Shown: piece by piece, positions 19,343 through 27,587 of the stretch | How positions within the stretch are numbered: position 1 is the first letter of the stretch | Layout of the letters: each line of letters begins with the position of its first letter | DNA from: Candidatus Latescibacterota bacterium | GTDB lineage: Bacteria > Latescibacterota > UBA2968 > UBA8231 | Length of the DNA stretch: 64,000 nt | Assembly: GCA_965204725.1 (NCBI GenBank) | Contig: OZ242005.1 | Span: 1,792,001-1,856,000 of the forward strand | Reading direction: 5' to 3' | The notes under the pieces: generated by a model | The model's input: only the letters and a program-made list of their open reading frames with translations | Database searches by the model: none | Told to the model about the DNA's origin: nothing | Position numbers and translations under genes: made by a program

Positions 19343-19588
19343 AATTGACCCTCCAAATAGAGATTTAAGATTTAAGTTTAGGTTGTAGCACAACGCGATG
19401 TGCTAGATCGCTGCCTCACCGATCTAAAGGAAAAGACGCAAATCACCGCATTCTCGTCAGCGCGGATAAATCCGTCCCTTAATACCAACCACCACCGCGC
19501 TCGTGATCTCTTTCTTCCCTAGCACCCTTTAACAAAAATAGCTTAATTGAAGAGCGTGTAAAGAAGCCTGAGATCATTTTACGGTTCC

Positions 19589-19617
19589 ATCCTACCATCC
19601 TAAAGTATTCAATACAA
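19589..19617 (-). promoter_or_regulatory. Candidate sigma70 promoter for the giant surface protein
   Basis: TTGTAT-N17-TAGGAT with an extended -10 TG, about 245 nt upstream of the ATG. Confidence 0.4.
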
Positions 19618-19695
19618 AATACGCATCTAATACTCAGGATGCAAGAGATAGTTTCTAAACTACATGGCCTATTAGCACCTAGCCATAGGGAAAGG

Positions 19696-20169
19696 TTAAG
19701 ACCTTGCAAAAAGAGGAAGACCATGGCGTAACTCGGCTTCCAACTTGGAGTGACAAGAAGGGCAAACCGAAATCAGATGTTCCAGCTTATTGGCCTCTAC
19801 ATTGGAAGAGAAACTGCGATAGGGAATCTTGTGATGTACGTCGAGCTGACGCCCCAATTCCTCTTCGCTGATCCCGCATACTTGGCAGATAAAGCCATCG
19901 CGTGTCCGCGCCTTTAGTGCTTGGAGGGCCCAGTTGGCCCCCCGCTGTTTGGAGGATGCCCCCAAGCAAACCTCGAACGAAGGCATACCCTCTGTCCAAG
20001 CCCGGCGACAGGACGCATCGCAAAAATGCAACTGCGCTTGGTCCACATACCAAGCCGGGACCTCAATCTCTAGCCGACAGTACGCACAGTGCGTGGCAAT
20101 CTGCTCGTTGCCGCTAGCAGAGCACTGATCGCCAAAATCAAACCCCATCTGATCACTAGGCGAAGACAT
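19696..20169 (-). CDS. HNH endonuclease with an N-terminal zinc finger
   Basis: CAYC...FCDASC; RDGFICQVC; LDVHHKIP...N...LISVCPSCH. Confidence 0.85.
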   Translation of the reverse strand: MSSPSDQMGFDFGDQCSASGNEQIATHCAYCRLEIEVPAWYVDQAQLHFCDASCRRAWTEGMPSFEVCLGASSKQRGANWALQALKARTRDGFICQVCGISEEELGRQLDVHHKIPYRSFSSNVEANKLEHLISVCPSCHSKLEAELRHGLPLFARS

Positions 20170-20346
20170 GATAGACCGTAGGACTAATTTTATAGGAGAT
20201 TCCGATCTGTTCTGGTCTCATCGCTTGCCTCTTCTACGTACTATGCACAAATGAAGTCTGGTTAAGGAGATCTCCAAAACCCATCTTGCTCCCTTTCCCT
20301 ATTTCATATATATTTAATAGTTTTATTAAAGAGAGGAGCGTAAAAA

Positions 20347-20601
20347 TTGCCCAAACTCAAATCCGCCAAAAAGCACCAAGCCACTAGTGCCAAAGCCTAC
20401 GAACGCAATCGTGCGCTCCGCTCGCGGATGCGCACGGCCCTTAAAAAAGTCCGTCAGGCTCCAGACAAAGCCTCGGCCGAAACCGCTCTACAGGCGGCGA
20501 TCTCGACTGTTGACAGGACTACCAGCAAAGGTATTATCCACAAAAATGCCGCCGCACGCTGCAAGTCGCGGTTGAGCCGCCTCGTACAGACGATGGCCTA
20601 G
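20347..20601 (+). CDS. rpsT: 30S ribosomal protein S20
   Basis: KSAKK..RNRA.RS.MRT..KK, KGIIHKNAAAR.KSRL; GAGGAG RBS, TTG start. Confidence 0.97.
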   Translation: MPKLKSAKKHQATSAKAYERNRALRSRMRTALKKVRQAPDKASAETALQAAISTVDRTTSKGIIHKNAAARCKSRLSRLVQTMA

Positions 20602-20610
20602 CATTTCTCC

Positions 20611-21528
20611 TCATTCAAAAGCACGAGTACTCAAGTAGCGCAACCCACTGTCGCAGAGGATCGTCGCGACTCGAGCAGTTGATCCAAGCTCGCGAGCGAC
20701 TTGGGCGGCGATATAGGCGTTGGCTCCGGCTGAAATTCCCACCAAAAGCCCTTCCTCTCGTGCCAAGCGGCGGGCCATTTCATAAGCGTCGTCGTCGGTA
20801 ATAACCCGCACCTCGTCGACAACCTCGAGGTTGAGGACCGGCGGCACAAAACCCGCGCCGATGCCTTCTATATAACTGAACCCAGCCTCCCCGCCTGAAA
20901 GCACGGGCGACCCGGCAGGCTCGACAGCGATGACCCGCACAGAGGACAGAGCCTCTTTGAGCACCTCGCCGACTCCAGTTAAGGACCCCCCAGTACCCAC
21001 ACCAGCCACAAAGGCATCAATCCGGCCATCTAACTGTTCCAAAATCTCACGGCCGGTCGTACGGCGGTGTATCTCAGGGTTCGCTGCGTTCATAAACTGT
21101 TGTGGCAAAAAGTAATCTGGATTCTCGCGCTTGAGTTCAAGTGCTTTGTCGATAGCACCGCGCATACCCTCGGCCGCTGGCGTCAACACAACCTCGGCAC
21201 CGTACGCCTGCATCTGTAAGCGGCGCTCGCGGCTAGCCGTATCGAACATGGTGACGATGAGCTTGTAGCCTTTATAGGCAGCCACCATGGCCAAGCCAAT
21301 GCCGGTATTGCCACTCGTTGGCTCAATGATCGTGCCGCCCTCGGCCAATAGCCCTTGCTCTTCAGCAGCTTCGACCATGGCCAGAGCGATGCGGTCCTTG
21401 ACACTGCCACCGGGATTGGTCGCCTCTAACTTGCCCCACACCTCAGAGGCATCCTCCCCGACGACTCGGCCAAGGCGTACCATAGGCGTAGCCCCGATTA
21501 ACTCTAGCACATTGTGGGCGCGTTTCAT
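20611..21528 (-). CDS. cysK: Cysteine synthase A (O-acetylserine sulfhydrylase)
   Basis: NPGGSVKDRI, EPTSGNTGIG, GVGTGGS, IEGIGAGF. Confidence 0.88.
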   Translation of the reverse strand: MKRAHNVLELIGATPMVRLGRVVGEDASEVWGKLEATNPGGSVKDRIALAMVEAAEEQGLLAEGGTIIEPTSGNTGIGLAMVAAYKGYKLIVTMFDTASRERRLQMQAYGAEVVLTPAAEGMRGAIDKALELKRENPDYFLPQQFMNAANPEIHRRTTGREILEQLDGRIDAFVAGVGTGGSLTGVGEVLKEALSSVRVIAVEPAGSPVLSGGEAGFSYIEGIGAGFVPPVLNLEVVDEVRVITDDDAYEMARRLAREEGLLVGISAGANAYIAAQVARELGSTARVATILCDSGLRYLSTRAFE

Positions 21529-21567
21529 CCTGTACCAACCCTAACGCTGGCCGCCTGTAGGATAGTT

Positions 21568-21846
21568 TCAACTCCCGCCAGCAATAGCTGGGACGATAGA
21601 GACGCTGTCGCCATCGTTGAGAGGTGTGTCCTTACCGTCAAGGAAACGGATATCTTCGTCGTTGACGAAGATATTGACGTATCGGCGGATCTCGCCCCCT
21701 TCGTCGAGCAATTTCTCGGCCAAGCCCTCGTAAGAGCCTTCGAGCCCATCTACCAACTGGCCAATAGTCGCCGCCTCCAGTGTGACCTCGGCCTGATTGT
21801 GGGTCAACCTTCGCAACGGCGTAGGAATGTGAACGGTAACCGGCAT
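21568..21846 (-). CDS. Ubiquitin-like sulfur carrier (MoaD/ThiS/CysO family) ending in GGS
   Basis: VHIPTPLR, RRYVNIFVNDEDIRFL, IVPAIAGGS*; GGAGGA RBS before ATG 21846. Confidence 0.92.
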   Translation of the reverse strand: MPVTVHIPTPLRRLTHNQAEVTLEAATIGQLVDGLEGSYEGLAEKLLDEGGEIRRYVNIFVNDEDIRFLDGKDTPLNDGDSVSIVPAIAGGS

Positions 21847-21911
21847 CTCATCCTCCATTTGGTTATTAAAATGCGGCTCTGCCGCCCGCATTCTATGTTT
21901 AGGAACGTTTG

Positions 21912-22406
21912 CTAGACTATTTTAACACCCACTTCGACGTAGCGGCTGCCGTCCCAAGCAAAACACTTGTAGCCTTGCACTTTCCGCTGGCTGCCTGCCT
22001 CCTCGCCGCATACTGAGAGGACTAGATAAATCGCGTCTGGATCGTCTGGATCGTCGCCCGCCTCTCGGCTGTTGAATATCCAAGTGCGCCTTTCGTCTTC
22101 GGCCGAGAAATAGGCTGCGCAATCAATGTGGGAATGGTAGCAACCCGCGACCCGGCCACCGGCCTCTTCAGCCGCCTTCTCAATGCGTAACTGCTCACCT
22201 GCGTCGATCAGATAGGCCGTGCTTGCATCGCGAGGATAGTGCTTGGGGTCTTCTTCGTGCCGCTGCTGCTGTACATTAGTACAAGCATGGGCCGTAGCCA
22301 CCCCATCCGGCACTTTCTCGATCAACAGACCGCAACACTCGTGCGGGTACTCAGCCAAGGCTTGGGCGTAAATCCGTTCAACCTCTCTGCGAGCGATGCA
22401 CAGCAT
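21912..22406 (-). CDS. JAMM/M67 metallopeptidase (Mec-like CysO-cysteine peptidase)
   Basis: YPHECCG and YHSH......FS.ED JAMM motif. Confidence 0.9.
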   Translation of the reverse strand: MLCIARREVERIYAQALAEYPHECCGLLIEKVPDGVATAHACTNVQQQRHEEDPKHYPRDASTAYLIDAGEQLRIEKAAEEAGGRVAGCYHSHIDCAAYFSAEDERRTWIFNSREAGDDPDDPDAIYLVLSVCGEEAGSQRKVQGYKCFAWDGSRYVEVGVKIV

Positions 22407-23339
22407 TCAGCCATCCTTCTGCGTAGCAATGTCACTGAGGGCCAGCCGCCACATAGGCGTACTCATGTACTTGTCTCCGCCATCGCAAAATATAGTCACC
22501 ACCACCCCCATGTCTAGCTGACGAGCAACTTCCAGCGCGGCCCAATAAGCCCCACCCGCAGACTGTCCGACGAGAATCCCTTGCTCGCCCGGGAGGCGCA
22601 GAGCAGTATCGTACGCATCATCGGTATCTATCGGTATTTCGTAGTCGAGGAGGGTCTCGTCGTAGATACCGGGGACAATTGAACTCTCCATGTGCTTAAG
22701 CCCCTCAATGCCGTGAAACGGCTCGGCCGGCTTAGCGGCAATGACCTGGACCGCCGGATTGAACTCCCTAAGACCTCGGCCTGTGCCCATCAGCGTCCCG
22801 CTAGTGCCGATAGTGGCGACAAAATGAGTGACACGCCCTTGGGTCTGCTCCCAGATTTCGGGGGCAGTGGTGTCGCGATGGGCGTACCAATTCGCGGGAT
22901 TGTTGTATTGATCGGGCTTGAAGTACTGGTCGGGATCGGCTTCGTAGATCCGCCGCGCTTCCCGTATGGCCCCGTCGGAAAGTTCTCCCGGGTCGGTGTA
23001 CACCACCTCAGCACCATAGGCGGCGAGAATGGCCTTGCGCTCGCGGCTGACATTGGCCGGCATAGCCAACTTTACCCGATAGCCCTTAGCAGCACCGATC
23101 ATAGCGTAGGCAATGCCGGTATTTCCAGAAGTGGAATCCAAAATGACCTTGCCCGGCCCCAGCGACCCGTCCTGCTCGCCATCCTCAATCATCCGCCGCG
23201 CCGGTCGGTCCTTGACCGACCCCCCGGGATTGAAAAACTCCAGCTTGGCATAAACTTCCACCCGCGGTGGAATCGCCGGATCCCTCAGCCGCAAAAGCGG
23301 CGTATTACCAATCTGCTCAACGACCGATAGGCCCTTCAC
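22407..23339 (-). CDS. cysM: Cysteine synthase B / CysM-type sulfhydrylase
   Basis: NPGGSVKDRPA, STSGNTGIA, HGIEGLK, VPGIYD; adjacent to mec and cysO. Confidence 0.8.
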   Translation of the reverse strand: MKGLSVVEQIGNTPLLRLRDPAIPPRVEVYAKLEFFNPGGSVKDRPARRMIEDGEQDGSLGPGKVILDSTSGNTGIAYAMIGAAKGYRVKLAMPANVSRERKAILAAYGAEVVYTDPGELSDGAIREARRIYEADPDQYFKPDQYNNPANWYAHRDTTAPEIWEQTQGRVTHFVATIGTSGTLMGTGRGLREFNPAVQVIAAKPAEPFHGIEGLKHMESSIVPGIYDETLLDYEIPIDTDDAYDTALRLPGEQGILVGQSAGGAYWAALEVARQLDMGVVVTIFCDGGDKYMSTPMWRLALSDIATQKDG

Positions 23340-23401
23340 AAAAATCTCCCCTTACGATTAAAAGAACCAAAATCCGCCATGTCAACCAACCCTGCCTTTT
23401 C

Positions 23402-23430
23402 TTGACACCCTCCAAGCCACCTTCTACCTT
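23402..23430 (+). promoter_or_regulatory. Candidate aspS promoter
   Basis: TTGACA-N17-TACCTT. Confidence 0.5.
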
Positions 23431-23477
23431 ATCTTTTTCCCACCTGAAATCCAATTTTCATTAGATAGGTATAACTT

Positions 23478-25262
23478 ATGGAAGAACCGAGCGAAGGCTT
23501 GGGCGGCTGGGAGCGCACACACGACTGTGGCACTCTTACAGATAAAGACATCGGTCAGCGCGTCCTGTTAATGGGCTGGGTCTGGCACCGCCGCGACCAC
23601 GGCGGTGTTATTTTTATCGATCTCCGCGACCGCTATGGCATTACTCAAATCGTCTTCAATCCACAACGCGACCCCACTGCCTACCAGCAGGCCGACCGCT
23701 TGCGCAGCGAGTACGTCATCGCCGTACAAGGCGAAGTCGAGGCCCGGCCCGAAGGCATGGTCAACCCTCAGTTGCCCACCGGGACCATTGAGGTCAACTG
23801 CGATCAGCTACGCCTCCTCAACCAATGTCGGACCCCGCCTTTTCTCATCGAAGACCAAACCGATGCTGGCGAGGAAATTCGGCTCAAGTATCGCTACTTG
23901 GACCTTCGCCGGCCTCGGATACAAGGCAATTTGCTACTCAGGCACCGAGGCTACCAGATCGTGCGTCGTCTGCTCGACGAGCGCAGCTTTCTCGAAGTTG
24001 AAACGCCGTTTCTGACCAAGAGCACTCCCGAAGGCGCTCGAGACTACCTCGTTCCCAGCCGAGTTCATCCTAGGCAGTTTTTCGCCCTGCCCCAATCGCC
24101 TCAAACCTACAAGCAGCTCTTGATGGTCGCGGGCTGTGACCGCTACTTCCAGATCGTTAAATGCTTCCGCGACGAGGATTTGCGCGCCGATCGCCAGCCC
24201 GAATTTACCCAGATCGACATCGAAATGGCCTTCGTGAGCGAAAATCACGTCATGGCCGTTGCCGAAGATCTGACCCGCGCCCTCTTTGCTCAGTTGCGCC
24301 AAATCGATTTACCCAATCCCTTTCCACGGCTCACGTATCGCGAAGCCATGGAGCGCTTTGGCTCCGACAAACCCGACCTGCGCTTCGGCCTAGAGCTCAA
24401 AGATGTCGCGGTAGCTGCACGCATTTCCCAATTCCAAGTCTTTCACTCTGCTCTCGACGCAGGCGGTCAGGTCAAAGGCATAAATGCCAAGGGCTGTAGT
24501 GGGCTCTCACGTGGACAAATCGACGATTTAATCGCCTTTGTCCAAGGGCTGGGGGCCAAGGGTCTCGGCTGGATCAAGCACACCGACGCCGGCCTTGAAT
24601 CCTCCATCGTCAAATTCTTCCCCCAAGCGGCTCAAACCTTATTGATCGAGGCCCTCGAATCCGCCCCTGGCGATCTGTTGCTCTTTGTCGCCGACCAGCC
24701 TAGGCAGGTTGCCCGAGTTCTCGGAGGACTGCGCTTGGAACTGGCCCAGCGCCTCTCACTAGTGCCCGATGCTTCTTGGCAGCCCCTTTGGGTCAGCCAA
24801 TTCCCACTGCTAGAACGCGACGAAGAAGCTGGCCGCTTTACAGCCATGCACCATCCCTTCACCGCTCCCTTAGAAGAGGACCTCCCCCTGCTGGATACCA
24901 ATCCGGCCGATGTGAGGGCACGGGCCTATGATTTGGTCCTCAACGGCAATGAAATCGCCGGAGGCAGTATGCGGATTTTCCACAGCTCAGTGCAAGCCCA
25001 CGTCTTTCGACTTTTAGCGATCAGTGCCGAAGAAGCCGCGGTCAAATTCGGCTTTCTGCTCGAAGCTCTCGACTACGGAGCTCCGCCACACGGTGGGATT
25101 GCCTTTGGCTTTGACCGGCTGATAGCCCTGCTCGCCGCCGAAGATTCAATCCGCGACGTCATCGCCTTCCCAAAGACCAACAAGGCCGTGGGGTTGATGG
25201 AAAACGCCCCTTCTTCGGTCGATTTGGGCCAGTTGCGCGAATTGGGCATTCGGTTTGCCTGA
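23478..25262 (+). CDS. aspS: Aspartate-tRNA(Asp/Asn) ligase, probably non-discriminating
   Basis: RRDHGG (His, a non-discriminating signature), STPEGARDYLVPSR, FRDEDLRADRQPEFTQID, PPHGGIAFG. Confidence 0.98.
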   Translation: MEEPSEGLGGWERTHDCGTLTDKDIGQRVLLMGWVWHRRDHGGVIFIDLRDRYGITQIVFNPQRDPTAYQQADRLRSEYVIAVQGEVEARPEGMVNPQLPTGTIEVNCDQLRLLNQCRTPPFLIEDQTDAGEEIRLKYRYLDLRRPRIQGNLLLRHRGYQIVRRLLDERSFLEVETPFLTKSTPEGARDYLVPSRVHPRQFFALPQSPQTYKQLLMVAGCDRYFQIVKCFRDEDLRADRQPEFTQIDIEMAFVSENHVMAVAEDLTRALFAQLRQIDLPNPFPRLTYREAMERFGSDKPDLRFGLELKDVAVAARISQFQVFHSALDAGGQVKGINAKGCSGLSRGQIDDLIAFVQGLGAKGLGWIKHTDAGLESSIVKFFPQAAQTLLIEALESAPGDLLLFVADQPRQVARVLGGLRLELAQRLSLVPDASWQPLWVSQFPLLERDEEAGRFTAMHHPFTAPLEEDLPLLDTNPADVRARAYDLVLNGNEIAGGSMRIFHSSVQAHVFRLLAISAEEAAVKFGFLLEALDYGAPPHGGIAFGFDRLIALLAAEDSIRDVIAFPKTNKAVGLMENAPSSVDLGQLRELGIRFA

Positions 25263-25298
25263 AAACTTACAGGCAGGGTAGATTTTCACTTGTTCTGC

Positions 25299-25326
25299 TT
25301 GACATCCACTCTAGGTCGCCTATATT
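25299..25326 (+). promoter_or_regulatory. Candidate promoter of the lipoprotein-LysM operon
   Basis: TTGACA-N16-TATATT. Confidence 0.45.
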
Positions 25327-25388
25327 TGTCCCAATATCCCGTATTTAAGATCACCGTCTGCCCCTTAAGCCTAGGTGGAGGAACTACT

Positions 25389-25676
25389 TTGAGCTGTCTT
25401 TCCACTTTGTCCAGTTTGAAATACTTAGGCGTCGCCTCGTCGGTAGTGGCTCTTTCTTTCGTCGCCGGCTGTTCGCGTGTTCCGTCGCAGGAGGACATGG
25501 AATACCTAGAACAACGGAGCCAAGCCACACTGGCCGCCGAAGTAAAAGTAACCGAGCTACAGGCCGAAAAAGCACAACTCCAGCGCGAACTCGCCGAGCG
25601 GCAAGCCACCAAAAAAGCATTAGAAGACAAACTAGCCGCTACCAAGACCAACCTCGCCAACCAAGTTGATAAATGA
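25389..25676 (+). CDS. Small coiled-coil lipoprotein
   Basis: GGAGGA RBS plus TTG; lipobox VAGC; heptad-rich mature part ending in Lys. Confidence 0.75.
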   Translation: MSCLSTLSSLKYLGVASSVVALSFVAGCSRVPSQEDMEYLEQRSQATLAAEVKVTELQAEKAQLQRELAERQATKKALEDKLAATKTNLANQVDK

Positions 25677-25690
25677 GAAAGGGTTCAACC

Positions 25691-26521
25691 ATGAAGAAGT
25701 TGTCCGTTGGTGGGTTGGCTTTAGCATTGCTAGTCCTAGTAAACGAAAACACCTCTGCCCAAGAGCAGCAGATGACCTGTGAGGAATACATGGCTCTGGG
25801 GCACGAGATCGTCAACCGCGAAGCCGCGGCCAACACCGAAATCGAAGCACTTAGTGCCCAGCTCGAAGCACTTAAAATGCAGATCGCCCAGCTCGACCGG
25901 GCCAATGCCGAGCTCAATGCCCAGATTCTCGCAGCAGTGGGCCACTCCGAATCCGAAGTTATGGCCTTTGGGCGCGAGCTCGACGCCATTATCGCCCAGC
26001 TCGAAGGTCTGATGGCACTAGCTCCCGAAGTACTCATCATGCAGCGCGGTGAAGTCATGGCCATCGACTCCCGGGTTGCCAAACTCAAGCAGACCAACAT
26101 GGCCGCCTTGCCCGAAATGCTCGACAAGCTATCTACCATAGACCAGCTACTCGCCGAGCTCAAAGCACGCATAGCTCAGCCCGTGGTCATCGACTACAAA
26201 GTCGTGCGGGGCGACAATCTGTGGAACATCTCCAAAAAGGACCAAATCTACGCCGATCCTTATATGTGGCCTCGCATATACCGAAAAAACAAGGAGCAAA
26301 TCAAAGACCCTGATTTAATCTACCCCAAACAAGTCTTGGCCGTGCCGTTTGGAGTAGCCGAAAATCAGTATTTGGTCTCCCGCGGAGACTTCCTCTTCAA
26401 AATTGCCGCCGAGCTTTACAACAATGCCGGCAAATGGCATAAAATCTACGAGGCCAACAAGCAGCAAATCATCGCGCCAGACTTGATTTTTCCTGCTCAA
26501 GTCCTCGACATTCCCCAGTAA
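25691..26521 (+). CDS. Exported coiled-coil protein with two LysM domains
   Basis: Signal peptide; YKVVRGDNLWNIS...WPRIY..N..I.DPDLIYP, and a second YLVSRGDFL...PDLIFP. Confidence 0.9.
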   Translation: MKKLSVGGLALALLVLVNENTSAQEQQMTCEEYMALGHEIVNREAAANTEIEALSAQLEALKMQIAQLDRANAELNAQILAAVGHSESEVMAFGRELDAIIAQLEGLMALAPEVLIMQRGEVMAIDSRVAKLKQTNMAALPEMLDKLSTIDQLLAELKARIAQPVVIDYKVVRGDNLWNISKKDQIYADPYMWPRIYRKNKEQIKDPDLIYPKQVLAVPFGVAENQYLVSRGDFLFKIAAELYNNAGKWHKIYEANKQQIIAPDLIFPAQVLDIPQ

Positions 26522-26556
26522 CCAAAACTACTTGATCTAAATAAATTTCAAGACTT

Positions 26557-26607
26557 AAAGGGGTTTGATCCTGCCGCTAGGCCCGGCAGGATTTCAAACC
26601 CCTTTTT
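26557..26607 (+). terminator. Intrinsic terminator
   Basis: AAAGGGGTTTGA.TCCTGCCG / CGGCAGGA..TCAAACCCCTTTTT long stem with a T tail. Confidence 0.75.
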
Positions 26608-26630
26608 GTATTTTTATATAGGTACAGGGC

Positions 26631-27587
26631 ATGAGGGACATTTCCATTGCCGGCATAGATCGCCGCTCTCTCTTCGGGCGCAACGATCAGCACTTAGCAC
26701 ATATCGAAAAGAGATACGGAATCCGCCTAGTTGCCCGCGGCGACACGCTCACGCTTAAAGGATCCGATGCCTCCGTGCGCGAGGCCGATGGCTTCCTCAG
26801 TCAGCTCATAAAACGCATGCGCCACGGCCCGCCGCTCGAAGTAGCCGAGTTAGAGGCCTTGATCCACTCTAATCCATCCCCGCCCAAAGGCACTCACAGC
26901 CCCCTCTCAAGCCCCGCAGCGCATACTTATAAAACGGCCATCTACGCCCGCACCGAGGGGCAAGCGAAATATCTCGCAGCAATCGACAACAACGACGTGG
27001 TCTTCAGTATCGGCCCAGCGGGCACCGGCAAGACGTACTTAGCGGTGGCCATGGCTGTTGCCGCCCTGCGGCAGAAGCAAATCTCGCGCATCCTGCTCGC
27101 CCGGCCGGCAGTAGAAGCCGGTGAAAAGCTCGGTTTTTTACCGGGCTCTTTTGAGGACAAGGTCGACCCCTATTTGCGCCCGCTCTACGACGCGCTACAG
27201 GATCTCATGGAACCTGAGCGGCTGCGGCGGATGCAGGATATGAAAATTGTCGAAGTCGTGCCGCTGGCCTACATGCGCGGCCGCACCCTCAACGATTCGT
27301 TTATTATTCTCGACGAGGCCCAAAATACTACTCCTCAGCAGATGAAGATGTTTCTCACCCGGCTGGGCAGCCACTCAAAGGCCGTAGTTACTGGCGATAT
27401 TACCCAGACCGACCTCAGCGATGACCAGCCCTCGGGCTTAGTCGTCGCGCCCAAAATTCTGACCGGGATCGCCGGCTTGGCCTTTGTTCGGCTCAACGAG
27501 CAGGATGTGGTGCGCAACCCGCTCGTACAGAAGATCATCAAAGCCTACGACCGCTATGACGAAAGCCACGCCTCGGCCGATTCATGA
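26631..27587 (+). CDS. phoH: PhoH family ATPase (YbeZ)
   Basis: GPAGTGKTYLA, RPAVEAGEKLGFLPG, YMRGRT, LDEAQN. Confidence 0.95.
   Translation: MRDISIAGIDRRSLFGRNDQHLAHIEKRYGIRLVARGDTLTLKGSDASVREADGFLSQLIKRMRHGPPLEVAELEALIHSNPSPPKGTHSPLSSPAAHTYKTAIYARTEGQAKYLAAIDNNDVVFSIGPAGTGKTYLAVAMAVAALRQKQISRILLARPAVEAGEKLGFLPGSFEDKVDPYLRPLYDALQDLMEPERLRRMQDMKIVEVVPLAYMRGRTLNDSFIILDEAQNTTPQQMKMFLTRLGSHSKAVVTGDITQTDLSDDQPSGLVVAPKILTGIAGLAFVRLNEQDVVRNPLVQKIIKAYDRYDESHASADS

Noticed and set aside
19425-19470. c-di-GMP-I riboswitch suggested by GGAAAAGACGCAAA
   Set aside because: It is on the strand opposite the adhesin gene and lacks the GGCAAA/GNRA P2 stem.
19479-19724. 81-aa ORF in the AT-rich intergenic region
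   Set aside because: No RBS or recognisable motif, and it overlaps the candidate promoter and leader.
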